The notes below the pieces were generated by a model. The model did no database searches. It saw nothing but the letters and a program-made list of their open reading frames with translations, and was not told where the DNA came from. From assembly GCA_047921335.1 (NCBI GenBank), contig JBLRWI010000004.1, forward strand, positions 11,452-75,451: a stretch of 64,000 nucleotides of DNA. Direction: 5' to 3'. The DNA comes from Opitutales bacterium. GTDB lineage: Bacteria; Verrucomicrobiota; Verrucomicrobiia; Opitutales; Coraliomargaritaceae. The position numbers were made by a program, and so were the translations under genes. This document shows positions 39,651 to 48,930 of the stretch, in pieces. The first letter of the stretch is position 1. Each line of letters begins with the position of its first letter.

Positions 39651-41204
39651 CTACCGTCCCTTCCCGCCACGGTTGTGGGCGGCCTTTGACTGGGCGATTT
39701 TTTTCCGGCGCTCGGGATGCTTCCGGTCGATTTTGGCGGCGTCTTCACCCATTTTGCGGACGCGGTTTTTGTTCTGGATTTTATCGCTCTGGCGTGGGGC
39801 GTGTTCACCCTCGCCTTCTTCGTAACGCCGATCCTTACCTACCAAGTCGAAGCGCACGGGGCAGCCACTGAGACGAAACTCATGGATGAGAGCCTTTTCC
39901 AGGTAGCGGCGATAGCCGGGGTCGAGGCGCTCGACCCGGTTGCAGTAAAAGCGAATGCGCAGGGGACGCGAACCGGTCTGCACCGCGTAGAAGACCTTGA
40001 AGCGTTTGGTGCCGACCAGCTTCGGCGCACGCTCCTCGAAGAGCCGCTGGATTAAATTGTTCAGCTTTCCGGTCGAAAGCTTCAGGTCGAGGGTGGCCTG
40101 AACGGAGGCGGCGGCTTCGAGCAGCGACTCGATTTTAAAACCGGTCATAGCCGAGACGAAGAGCACGGGCGGATCGGGCAGGAAGAACATCTCTTTGCGC
40201 AGCGATTCTTCGTAGTTTTTCAAGAAATGCTTGAGGTTCTTGTAGCCTTCGACCGGATCCTGCTCCCAGCGCTCGATGATGAGGTCCCACTTATTGACCA
40301 CCACGACCAGGGCTTTGCCCGCATCGAGAATCTCCCCGGCCAGGGCCTGGTCCTGCTTGGTCACGCCGTCCATGGCGTCGATTACGAGAAAGACCACGTC
40401 CGAGCGCTCCAGGGCGTGCTGCGTGCGCACCCCGGAAAAATACTCGACGGGGCTGTCAACCTTGCGCTTCATGCGCAGGCCTGCGGTGTCGGCAAGGCGG
40501 AACTTAAGCAGCTCGCCATCCGGGTGCTGATAGTCGAGATCCAGCTCGACCGAGTCCCGGGTAGTGCCGGGCACGTCACTCACGATGAGGCGGTTTGACT
40601 TCAGCAGGCGGTTGCCGATGGAGGATTTGCCCACATTTGGCCGACCCATGAGTGAGATGCGGATGCGCGCATCGGTATCTCCCGAAGAGCCTTCCGGCCG
40701 GGGGCCCAGGGCTTCGTCAATCGCTTCGTTGAGATCGGTGATGCCGCGTCCGTGTTCGGCCGAGACGGGGAAGGCATGGCCCAGACCGAGACGGCTGAAT
40801 TCGTCGGCGGCGGCTTCCTCTTCTTCATTGTCCGCCTTGTTGGCGACTACGATGACCCGCTTGCCGTAACGACGCAGTTTCTCCGCCACAATTTCGTCCA
40901 GCGAGGTGATGCCACTGCGCACATCGACGAGAAAGAGGATCACGCTCGCCGCCTGAATGGCAAACTCCACCTGCTCTTCGGCGGCCGCAGCGATATTTTT
41001 CGGCGTCATCTCGAGCTCCATCCCAATGCCGCCAGTATCCAGCAGCACGTAATCGTCGCGCACCTCGGCCGAGATCAGGTCGCGCGTCACCCCGGGCATA
41101 TCGTGCACGATGGAGAGGCGGCGGCCGCAAAGCCGATTAAAGAGTCGGCTTTTGCCGACGTTGGGGCGCCCGACAAGGGCGACAGTTCTGGATGGATCGA
41201 TCAT
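39651..41204 (-). CDS. der: Ribosome-biogenesis GTPase Der (EngA)
   Basis: Two GTPase domains (GRPNVGKSRLFN ... DTGG ... NKAD; GRPNVGKSSIGN ... DTAG ... NKWD) plus a KH-like C-terminus and a basic tail. Trimmed to MIDPSRT at 41204. Confidence 0.9.
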   Translation of the reverse strand: MIDPSRTVALVGRPNVGKSRLFNRLCGRRLSIVHDMPGVTRDLISAEVRDDYVLLDTGGIGMELEMTPKNIAAAAEEQVEFAIQAASVILFLVDVRSGITSLDEIVAEKLRRYGKRVIVVANKADNEEEEAAADEFSRLGLGHAFPVSAEHGRGITDLNEAIDEALGPRPEGSSGDTDARIRISLMGRPNVGKSSIGNRLLKSNRLIVSDVPGTTRDSVELDLDYQHPDGELLKFRLADTAGLRMKRKVDSPVEYFSGVRTQHALERSDVVFLVIDAMDGVTKQDQALAGEILDAGKALVVVVNKWDLIIERWEQDPVEGYKNLKHFLKNYEESLRKEMFFLPDPPVLFVSAMTGFKIESLLEAAASVQATLDLKLSTGKLNNLIQRLFEERAPKLVGTKRFKVFYAVQTGSRPLRIRFYCNRVERLDPGYRRYLEKALIHEFRLSGCPVRFDLVGKDRRYEEGEGEHAPRQSDKIQNKNRVRKMGEDAAKIDRKHPERRKKIAQSKAAHNRGGKGR

Positions 41205-41219
41205 GTGTGAAGGATGAAG

Positions 41220-41462
41220 ACTGAACGTCCAACGCTCAAGGCACAAGCGCCAATAACGCGGACCATGCGCATCTGTAGGGCCCGAGTTTACTCGGTGCCG
41301 CGAATGTGCACGCGGCCTCAGCGGGTGCACGCGGCCTCAGCAAGCTGTAGGCCCTACGGTATGGCTGTGCGCACGCGGCCTCAGCAAGCTGTAGGCCCTA
41401 CGTGTGGCTGTGTGCACGCGGGAGCATATTCAACGTTGGACGTTCGATGTTGGACGTTCGAC
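41220..41462. repeat. Composite palindromic repeat array (BIME-like)
   Basis: GAACGTCCAACG at the left edge is mirrored by CGTTGGACGTTC x2 at the right edge. Inside are two tandem GCACGCGGCCTCAGCAAGCTGTAGGCCCTACG units (44-nt period) plus one partial copy. Confidence 0.8.
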
Positions 41463-41465
41463 GAC

Positions 41466-42638
41466 TCATGGTAAAGAGTCGACGTAGCGCTCGATGCGAT
41501 CCGTCGCCTCAAGGATGCGTTCATAGCTGGTGGAGAAGCTGGCGCGGGCGAAGCCGGCACCGGATGCGCCGAAGGCGGTGCCGGGCACGATGGCGACTTC
41601 TTCCTTTTCGAGCAGGCCCCGGCAGAAATCGATAGAGCTCATGCCGGATGCTGAAATTGAGGGGAAGGCATAAAAGGAACCTTTCGGCAAGTGGCACTTG
41701 AGCCCAATCTCATTGAAGCGGCGGACGATCAGATCGCGGCGGCGCTGGTAGGCCTCTTTCATCTTCGCGACGGCGGGAGCTCCGTTTTTCAGTGCTTCGA
41801 TGGCGGCTTCCTGCGAGAGGATCGGCGCGCAAAGCATGCTGTATTGATGCACTTTCATCATGGCCTCGATCAAGGCCTGCGGTCCGCAGGCGTAGCCAAT
41901 GCGGAAGCCCGTCATGGCAAAAGCCTTGGAGAAGCCGTGCAGAAAAATGGTGCGGTCCTGCATGCCCGGTAGCGAGGCGATGCTGGTATGCTCCCCCTCG
42001 AAGGTGAGTTCGGAGTAGATCTCGTCGCTGATCACGAGCAGGTCCTTCTCCACCGCAAACTTGGCCAGCTTTTCCAGCTTGGCTTTTTCCGTGACTCCGC
42101 CGGTGGGATTGGTGGGGAAGTTGAGCAGGAGCACCTTGACCCCCGGCTCCCAGGCCTCGATCACGCGGTCCGGGTCGATGCCAAATTCATCTTCGGCACG
42201 TGTCGCCACTGCAATCGGCTGGGCGTGGGCCAGCTTGATGCTCGGACTATAAGAGACGTAGCAGGGCTCGTGGTAGAGCACTTTATCGCCGGGGTTGAGG
42301 ACGGCACGCAGAGCGATGTCGAGTGCCTCGGAGACCCCGACCGCCACCAGCACTTCCTTTTCCGGATGGTAGCCGATCCCGAACTGATTTTCCACGTAAG
42401 CGCAGATCTCGCGGCGCAGACGAATCAGCCCGAGGTTGTCGGTGTAGCTGGTCTTGCCTTTTTCCAGAGCAAAGATCGCCGCTTCCCGGATATGCCAAGG
42501 CGTGACAAAGTCCGGCTCGCCAATGCCCAGCGAGATGGCCTGCGGCATGGCTTGCACGATGGCAAAAAAGTCGCGAATCCCCGAACGAGGCAGGCCGGCG
42601 ACATGCTCGGCCACAAAGTGTTGCCCTGCTCCGCTCAT
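41466..42638 (-). CDS. PLP-dependent aminotransferase, class I/II (aspartate/aromatic-type)
   Basis: GIGEPDF, NPTG and FSKAFAMTGFRIGY (PLP lysine context). 390 aa. Confidence 0.85.
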   Translation of the reverse strand: MSGAGQHFVAEHVAGLPRSGIRDFFAIVQAMPQAISLGIGEPDFVTPWHIREAAIFALEKGKTSYTDNLGLIRLRREICAYVENQFGIGYHPEKEVLVAVGVSEALDIALRAVLNPGDKVLYHEPCYVSYSPSIKLAHAQPIAVATRAEDEFGIDPDRVIEAWEPGVKVLLLNFPTNPTGGVTEKAKLEKLAKFAVEKDLLVISDEIYSELTFEGEHTSIASLPGMQDRTIFLHGFSKAFAMTGFRIGYACGPQALIEAMMKVHQYSMLCAPILSQEAAIEALKNGAPAVAKMKEAYQRRRDLIVRRFNEIGLKCHLPKGSFYAFPSISASGMSSIDFCRGLLEKEEVAIVPGTAFGASGAGFARASFSTSYERILEATDRIERYVDSLP

Positions 42639-43120
42639 TACGCGCTGACTGCCGGTTTATCGCTCCCCTCGCCGGGAGCGAGCAGGAGGTGGCCTTGTTC
42701 CTTGTAAGCCCGCAGGCGGAAATGCGTGGCGGTGGACAGCACCCCCTCCACACTGGCCAGCCGCTCCGAGACAAAGCTCGCCACTTCGCGCAAATCGTTG
42801 CCCACGGCAAAGACCAGCAAGTCGTAGCTGCCGGACATGAGGTAGCAGGACTCGACTGCATCGAAGCGGGCGATCCGCGTAGCCAGCCGGTCGAAACCGC
42901 CCTCGCGCTCCGGGCTGATCTTCACTTCGATCACCGCACGCACAAGCTCTTCCCGCGCCCGTTCGGGATTCAGGACGGGACGCCAGCCGAGGAGAATCTC
43001 TTCAGCTTCGAGCCGCGCGATTTCCGTCTCGATTTCGGACTCGGACAGGCCGAGCACCTGCGCCATTTGCGCTGTATCAAGACGTTCACCTTCGAGGAGT
43101 AATTGTAGCACCGAACTCAT
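42638..43120 (-). CDS. Lrp/AsnC family transcriptional regulator
   Basis: N-terminal HTH (LDTAQMAQVLGLSESEI) and a C-terminal RAM/AsnC domain (SCYLMSGSYDLLV). TAATG overlap with the aminotransferase gene. Confidence 0.85.
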   Translation of the reverse strand: MSSVLQLLLEGERLDTAQMAQVLGLSESEIETEIARLEAEEILLGWRPVLNPERAREELVRAVIEVKISPEREGGFDRLATRIARFDAVESCYLMSGSYDLLVFAVGNDLREVASFVSERLASVEGVLSTATHFRLRAYKEQGHLLLAPGEGSDKPAVSA

Positions 43121-43198
43121 AAAGCCGCCAGTTAAGCGAGAACGGGGTGAAAAAGCAAAGCACTTATTTGCACAGCCCTAAACTTGGATGTGCCCCCG

Positions 43199-45913
43199 CT
43201 ACACTTGCGGTTTCGCCTCGCCAATCTCGGCTTGCAGCTCGCAGGCGAGTCGATTCAAAGCCTCAATCAGCGCCCGGGCAAGCCGGAAGACCTGCTCCTC
43301 CTGCTCTTGCTCGCAGGCCCGCTCCAAAGCACGTGCCAATGAAACCGACTCTTCCTGGCCGAAGTGCCCCAAAACACTTTTGAAATTGTGGGCCATAAAA
43401 TAGCATTGTTTAAAATTCACCGCTCGTAGGGCATCCTGTAATTCTCCAACATCTTCAGGCAAATTTTCGATGAAAATTTGAGCCGCCAGCATCAGATCCT
43501 CGCGCTCTTCACTGTTCAGAGACCCATAATATTGAACAAATTCGCTGACTGGATCTGAAGTCGCTCCGACTTCCTTATCTTTTAAGGACATGGCGCGTAG
43601 CAGCACCTCCTTCAGGCGCTCCACCCGAAAAGGCTTGGCGATATAGTCATTCATACCAGCAACCAAACAACGCTCCTGGTCTCCCTTCATGGCGTGTGCC
43701 GTCATTGCCACAATGTATTGCGGGCTGACCTTAAGCTCATCTTCATAAGCGCGGATGGCCTGAGTTGTTTCATAGCCATCCATGCCTGGCATCTGGATGT
43801 CCATTAAGATACAATCAAAGCGCTGCTGACGCACCGCCTCAAGCGCCTCCGTGCTGTTTTCTGCGACCATCACTTGGTGCCCCAGCTTCTTTAAGCGCTT
43901 TTCCGCGACGATTTGATTAACCCGATTATCCTCCACCAAGAGCACTTCTAGGCTTAAATTCTTTCTCTCCCTAAGCTTGGGTCGATCTCCCATTCGTTTA
44001 AAGCCATTTCCGACTTCGAAGGTTTCTAAAATCACTTCCAGTAAGGTATCGCGCTTCACCGGTTTCGAGAGTGCGCGTGCGACTCCAATCTCTGCCGCCC
44101 GATCCGCTTCGTCCCGATCCAAGGATGAGGAGAGCAGAATCTGCTTCACGCTTTTAAAACTTGAGCGCGAGTGAATCAAACTCGCCAGATCAAGTCCACT
44201 CATGCCGGGCATCTGCTGATCGAGAATAACGAGTTCGAATGGATCATTATCCTGCACGGCCTTCTCCATCTCGGCAAGTGCCCGGGCACCACCTTCGACG
44301 ACAGCACTACGATAACCCCACCCGGCACACATCTGCGAGTAAACCTCACGGTTCGTCTTATTATCATCGACAATCAAAACCCGCATACCTGCCAGTTCCG
44401 GATTAAAGGGAACCGCCTCTGCTCCATGATACAGAGAAAGCTCAAAGGGCACCTCAAAACTAAAGACTGATCCCTGTCCCACTCGACTTGTGACTTCTAT
44501 CTCCCCGCCCATCATTTCAACCAATTGCCGGCTGATCGAGAGACCGAGGCCGGAGCCCCCATACTTTCGGGTTGTGGACATGTCCTCCTGGGTAAAGCTG
44601 TTAAAGATTGCCTCGGTGCGGGTCTCCGAGATCCCTATGCCGGTATCGCGAACAGAGAAACGCACTCTAGTCGATTCGGGGGCGACTTCCATCGTCTTCG
44701 CCCGAATGATAATTTCACCAGTCTCGGTAAATTTTACCGCGTTGCTCACCAGATTATTCAAGACCTGCTTTAAGCGCGTCGGGTCTCCCATCAGATAGAG
44801 GGGCAAGTCTTCATCGTAGGCCGTGATGAGTTCCACCCCTTTCTTGCGCGTCTCTTGCACAAAACTCTCGGCCACATTTTCCATCAGTGTGCGGGGCACG
44901 AAATTTAATTTTTCTAAATTGAGTTGCCCGGCTTCGATTTTAGAGAAATCGAGCACATCATTGACGAGTGAGAGAAGCGTGTTCCCGCACTGCAAGACTG
45001 TGTCGATGTAGCTCCGCTGCTCCTGATCGAGTTCTGTTTCTTCACACAATTCGGACGCGCCGATAATCCCGTTGATCGGGGTGCGGATTTCATGACTCAT
45101 AGCCGCGAGGAATTCGCCCTTCGCTCGACTGGCGGCGTGGGCTTGATCAATCGCGTGGCGCAATTCTTCTTCCGTCCGCTTCAACGCACTTATGTCGCGC
45201 GCGACACTCAAGGTTCCAATCAACTCTCCCTCGCCGTTGCGGACTGGCACGATTGAAAGCTGCAAGCAATGCTCCAGGCCACTTTTCAAAGTCACACTGG
45301 AAACACGGTTGACTACCGGCTCACCGCCCTCCACTAGCTCGCGATCCAGTCCGCGAAACCATTCTGCGCTCTCCTGCGAGACAAAGTCGGCAATCGTGTT
45401 ATCCATCTGCGGAAAGGTATCTCCATCCGAAACCGCCGCCCGAAAGGCGGTATTGGTCAAAATAAAATGCCCGCCGGGGTCGCGAAAATAAATATACTCC
45501 AAAGTGTTATCGAGCAGCACCTGGAGCATTTTAAGTTCACTGCGGCTGCTGTAGCGCAATTCATTCTCCACCTTCGGGTGCTCAAGCGTGTAGAGCCATA
45601 CTTTAGATGGATCCTCTGCATCCTTCTGAAACATCACCTCGACCGATGCGATGCCATGACGATTCTTCTGTGGATAGATTCGTCCGGTCCAAGTGTGCCC
45701 GACGCCTAGGTTTTCAATGACCGCAGTAAATTTTTCACCGTGATAAAAATGAAAAATATCATCAACGCACAGGCCCGATTCGCAGCGGTAAATTTCCTGC
45801 ATGTGCGCGTTGGCAGTGAGCAATAAACCACCTTTGCTTCGGACCAGAGCGACTCCCCAGGGGAAGCCTTCCGGAAGCTTGATGCTATCGATATCTGTGT
45901 GCAATTTATGCAA
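43199..45913 (-). CDS. Hybrid sensor histidine kinase (PAS x2, HisKA, HATPase_c, REC, REC, Hpt)
   Basis: H-box SHEIRTPINGI; N, G1 and G2 boxes (NLVSNAVKFT, DTGIGI, GGSGLGLSI); two receiver domains (VLIVDDNKTN...DQQMPGMSG; VLLVEDNRVN...DIQMPGMDG...TAHAMKGD); C-terminal Hpt (MAHNFKSVLGHFG). Confidence 0.9.
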   Translation of the reverse strand: MHKLHTDIDSIKLPEGFPWGVALVRSKGGLLLTANAHMQEIYRCESGLCVDDIFHFYHGEKFTAVIENLGVGHTWTGRIYPQKNRHGIASVEVMFQKDAEDPSKVWLYTLEHPKVENELRYSSRSELKMLQVLLDNTLEYIYFRDPGGHFILTNTAFRAAVSDGDTFPQMDNTIADFVSQESAEWFRGLDRELVEGGEPVVNRVSSVTLKSGLEHCLQLSIVPVRNGEGELIGTLSVARDISALKRTEEELRHAIDQAHAASRAKGEFLAAMSHEIRTPINGIIGASELCEETELDQEQRSYIDTVLQCGNTLLSLVNDVLDFSKIEAGQLNLEKLNFVPRTLMENVAESFVQETRKKGVELITAYDEDLPLYLMGDPTRLKQVLNNLVSNAVKFTETGEIIIRAKTMEVAPESTRVRFSVRDTGIGISETRTEAIFNSFTQEDMSTTRKYGGSGLGLSISRQLVEMMGGEIEVTSRVGQGSVFSFEVPFELSLYHGAEAVPFNPELAGMRVLIVDDNKTNREVYSQMCAGWGYRSAVVEGGARALAEMEKAVQDNDPFELVILDQQMPGMSGLDLASLIHSRSSFKSVKQILLSSSLDRDEADRAAEIGVARALSKPVKRDTLLEVILETFEVGNGFKRMGDRPKLRERKNLSLEVLLVEDNRVNQIVAEKRLKKLGHQVMVAENSTEALEAVRQQRFDCILMDIQMPGMDGYETTQAIRAYEDELKVSPQYIVAMTAHAMKGDQERCLVAGMNDYIAKPFRVERLKEVLLRAMSLKDKEVGATSDPVSEFVQYYGSLNSEEREDLMLAAQIFIENLPEDVGELQDALRAVNFKQCYFMAHNFKSVLGHFGQEESVSLARALERACEQEQEEQVFRLARALIEALNRLACELQAEIGEAKPQV

Positions 45914-45971
45914 TTTTGTATTAGCCTATAGGCCTTTCCTGCAAGCAAGACGAGCCAAATCTAAAAGCGCT

Positions 45972-46862
45972 TCAGGCTTGCAGAAAACTTCGAATTTCTT
46001 CCCACACGCCGAGCCCGCCATCTTCCAGAATGTAGTGCCCGCAGTCCGCATGGTAGTGCGCCTCCGCTTCTGGGAAAATTGCCTGCCAACGCTGGTAGAA
46101 GTGATCATTAAAACAAAAATCCTTGCCCCCCCAAACCACTTGGACCGGTTTGGACCGCAATTGATCCAGACCTTTTTCCACTTCGCTCAATGCCGCATAG
46201 GAGGGGTGCGAGGGCTGCAGGGGGATGTCTTTGACAAAGTTCCAGACCGCCACCCGCTTCGACCAGCTTCGATAGGGCCAGAGGAAACCCCGCCGCACCG
46301 CTTTGCTCAGCGGTCGCACCACCGACATATTCACCGCCGGCCCGGCAAAGCCATTCAGGCCGCGGATGATCAGGGGCCCAAATATCGGAAGCTTGACCAG
46401 GGCGATCCGGAAGGGGATGCGCTTGGAGTGATAAGCCGCAGTGTTGAGCAGCACCAGCTTTTCGATTCTCTCAGGTCGCCGGCCCGCCAGGCCGCAACCA
46501 ATCGCCCCGCCCCAATCGTGCACCACCAGACTGAAGCGGGAGAGGCCGAGATGATCGACGAGCCGCTCAACATCGTCGATCCGACGCCTTAACCTATAAT
46601 CGTAATCCTCCGGCTGATCGGACAGCCCACAGCCAATGTGATCCGGCACGATGCAGCGAAAGCCCGCCGCCACCAGCACGTTGAGCAAGTTGCGGTAGTA
46701 GAAGGACCAGGTCGGGTTGCCGTGCAGCATGAGCACCACCGGTCCCTTGCCCTCGTCGAGATAGTGCATGACCGCCCCGTCCGGTTGCTCGAAGAGGTTT
46801 CCCGCATAGGGGTATTCGATCCGCACTTCCGGCGGAAGATCACTGGCTCTTGAATGACTCAT
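45972..46862 (-). CDS. oleB: Alpha/beta hydrolase of the haloalkane-dehalogenase-like clade, OleB-like
   Basis: LHGNPTWSFYYR, PDHIGCGLSD, VVHDWGGAIG (Asp nucleophile context) and LNTAAY, as I recall them from OleB. ATGA overlap with the upstream thiolase. The hydrolase call is firm; the OleB call is moderate. Confidence 0.7.
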   Translation of the reverse strand: MSHSRASDLPPEVRIEYPYAGNLFEQPDGAVMHYLDEGKGPVVLMLHGNPTWSFYYRNLLNVLVAAGFRCIVPDHIGCGLSDQPEDYDYRLRRRIDDVERLVDHLGLSRFSLVVHDWGGAIGCGLAGRRPERIEKLVLLNTAAYHSKRIPFRIALVKLPIFGPLIIRGLNGFAGPAVNMSVVRPLSKAVRRGFLWPYRSWSKRVAVWNFVKDIPLQPSHPSYAALSEVEKGLDQLRSKPVQVVWGGKDFCFNDHFYQRWQAIFPEAEAHYHADCGHYILEDGGLGVWEEIRSFLQA

Positions 46863-47899
46863 GACTCTGGCCACTCCAAGGCCATCATAATGCTGCTCAA
46901 TCCACTGCCGATACCCAGCAGTGCCGCCCGCTGGCCGGGCTGGTAAGCCCCGGCCTCAATCGCGTAGGCGAGTGTAATCGGACAGGAGACCGACCCGACG
47001 TTGCCCAAGGTTTCAAAGGTGGTAAAGTCTTTCGTCAGGTCCAGCCCGAGCGCAGCGAAAAGCTCGCGGGTGTGCGCCTTGCCCACCTGGTGGGTCAATA
47101 CCCGGTCCGGAGTCTCTGGTGTCCAGTCGCTGACCTCGGTGAAACGCGCCCAATTGCGCTTCGCCACATCGATCCCGGCGGCCAGCAGCGCCTCGGCATC
47201 GGTCAACATTTCCAGTGCCTCGCCCGCGCTATCGCCCTGACAAAGCTGGTTGGCCGAGCTGTCGGTTTCGACCGCTGCCGCGCGGAGTTGCAGACTCGCT
47301 ACGGGAGCAAGGTCCTTCCGGCAAAGCACCGCTGCCACCGCACCGGCTCCGATCGTCAAATTGGCGAAATACGGCTTGATCGTCTTGCGGGTCAGTGCCG
47401 GATTTTTCAGTTGCTCGATCGTGTTCTCGACCAGTGGTCGTCCGTTTTCGCCCGAGCAGATTAGCGCCCGCTCGATCTGCCCGCTCTCGATCATGCTCCC
47501 GGCCACCACCATGGCATTGAGAAAGCCGAGGCAGGCATTGGAGACATCGAAAATCTGCGTATGCCCCGGCAACCCGAGCAAGCCGTGCACGTAGGCCGCC
47601 GTGGCTGGCTCCAGCCGGTCGCGGCAGACCGCCGAGTGAATCAGCAGATCGATCTGGCTGCGCTCAAAAGCGGACTTTGCCAGCACGGCCTCGCCCGCAC
47701 GGGCCGAGGCCTCGGAAGGGCGCATCCCCTTGGGCCAGAAGCGTCGCTCGCGGATGCCCGTCATCAGCTCCAGCCGACCCTCCGGCAAACCGAGCCGCTG
47801 GTAAACCTCCGCCAGCTTCGCCTCCAAGTCGGCCGAGGTCCAAACCTCCTCCGGCAGGGCATAAGCGATTGATTCGATAGCGACTTGGTTAAATTTCAC
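46859..47899 (-). CDS. oleA: FabH-like thiolase, OleA-like (head-to-head acyl-CoA condensing enzyme)
   Basis: Collinear with my recollection of Xanthomonas OleA: RDRLEPATAA, FDVSNACLGFLNAM (active-site Cys), THQVGKAH, GNVGSVS, ALLGIGSGLSSIMMALEW. The HQV/GNxG pattern fits OleA rather than the FabH HQAN/GNTSAAS pattern. Confidence 0.7.
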   Translation of the reverse strand: MKFNQVAIESIAYALPEEVWTSADLEAKLAEVYQRLGLPEGRLELMTGIRERRFWPKGMRPSEASARAGEAVLAKSAFERSQIDLLIHSAVCRDRLEPATAAYVHGLLGLPGHTQIFDVSNACLGFLNAMVVAGSMIESGQIERALICSGENGRPLVENTIEQLKNPALTRKTIKPYFANLTIGAGAVAAVLCRKDLAPVASLQLRAAAVETDSSANQLCQGDSAGEALEMLTDAEALLAAGIDVAKRNWARFTEVSDWTPETPDRVLTHQVGKAHTRELFAALGLDLTKDFTTFETLGNVGSVSCPITLAYAIEAGAYQPGQRAALLGIGSGLSSIMMALEWPES

Positions 47900-47964
47900 A
47901 ATATCAGGGGATATGGGATGCGAATTGCGGGTTGCGAGTTAATAAAAGAAAAATAACCTCCGAA

Positions 47965-48393
47965 TCACTGCAACGGGTTGATCCACTTGATTCCCGGAAA
48001 ACGGTCGAAGTCCCGGTCGTTACTGTGGATCGTGGCAGAATGCTCCCGAGCGTGCAGCGCGATCAAGGCATCAGTTGAGAGATTGCCCCCCATCTCAGCG
48101 GCCTCAAGCATGTCGAAAAAGAGGTCAAGCGCTTGGTTCGAGAGTTGGATGACCCGCAGATGGGGAAGATCCATCCACTCAGTCACAATCCCTCGCACCT
48201 CTGCCACCGCAAGCGGATTGGCACTTATTTGCGGATGCGTCAGGATTCGAGTAAAACCCAGCACAACCACCCATGGAATGCCCACCGGTTCCGTTCCGGA
48301 GAGTGCTGCCTCCCACCAATCGCGCGCCTTCCCGTGCAGTGGACAGGTCTCATCGTAAGCATAGACTAAGAGATTTACGTCCGGAACAATCAT
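47965..48393 (-). CDS. vapC: Type II toxin VapC (PIN domain RNase)
   Basis: MIVPDVNLLVYA start (first acidic PIN residue), later acidic residues (TDALIA ... SNDRDF). 142 aa. 4-nt overlap with the upstream antitoxin. Confidence 0.85.
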   Translation of the reverse strand: MIVPDVNLLVYAYDETCPLHGKARDWWEAALSGTEPVGIPWVVVLGFTRILTHPQISANPLAVAEVRGIVTEWMDLPHLRVIQLSNQALDLFFDMLEAAEMGGNLSTDALIALHAREHSATIHSNDRDFDRFPGIKWINPLQ

Positions 48394-48644
48394 GATTCAT
48401 CCTGCCGGATCACCCGCTCGGCCTCGATTTGATCGTAGAGTTGGTTCATGCTAATCCCCCGGTAGGCTTGTTTGACGCCGACCCGGAACGGCTTGATCCG
48501 GATCTGTTTCGCCGGTCCCTCTTGGGTGGAAAGCCCCCGTCGTAGGGCATCTTCAGTCACTTGACGCAAGGGGCGATTCGTGCTCCGTGATCGCTCGCGG
48601 AGTTCCTCAAGAAGCGCATCACTGATGTTTAATGTTGTCCTCAT
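48390..48644 (-). CDS. vapB: Type II antitoxin VapB (ribbon-helix-helix type)
   Basis: MRTTLNISDALLEELRERS N-terminus typical of RHH antitoxins. 84 aa. Overlaps vapC. Confidence 0.8.
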   Translation of the reverse strand: MRTTLNISDALLEELRERSRSTNRPLRQVTEDALRRGLSTQEGPAKQIRIKPFRVGVKQAYRGISMNQLYDQIEAERVIRQDES

Positions 48645-48930
48645 AATACGCATCATGATGCACATTTATCCATTTGTCAATCTTGCAGAGAAAAGTAGGG
48701 GCTCACGCTGGGGAGACGGACCATTCGTAACACCAACTCACAACCGACTTTGTTCGTTTAGCTGCCCAGAGGGCACCCGCTGCACTCACCCTTCCGCCTT
48801 CTCGTTAATACGGCGAGACAGGCAGGGCTTCACCATCTCCGCACTGCCGTGCTACGTCGTCGATGTGCGACAAAAAAGCCTCGAACCCCGGTAACTCTTG
48901 TGCCTAAATAAACTGCCTTTTACCAGATCC

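Noticed and set aside
39651-39820. C-terminal Lys/Arg-rich extension of Der as a novelty
   Set aside because: E. coli Der also ends in a basic tail, so this is probably a normal ribosome-binding feature.
41270-41420. Possible CRISPR arrays at 41.3 kb, 50.8 kb and 59.7-60.0 kb
   Set aside because: Each has only two (or two plus a partial) copies. The tandem units directly abut with no unique spacers of uniform length, and the 62-nt pair at 59.7 kb has a single intervening segment made of other repeat units. The repeats share sequence with dispersed units elsewhere, and no cas genes are present. They fit REP/BIME-like repeats better.
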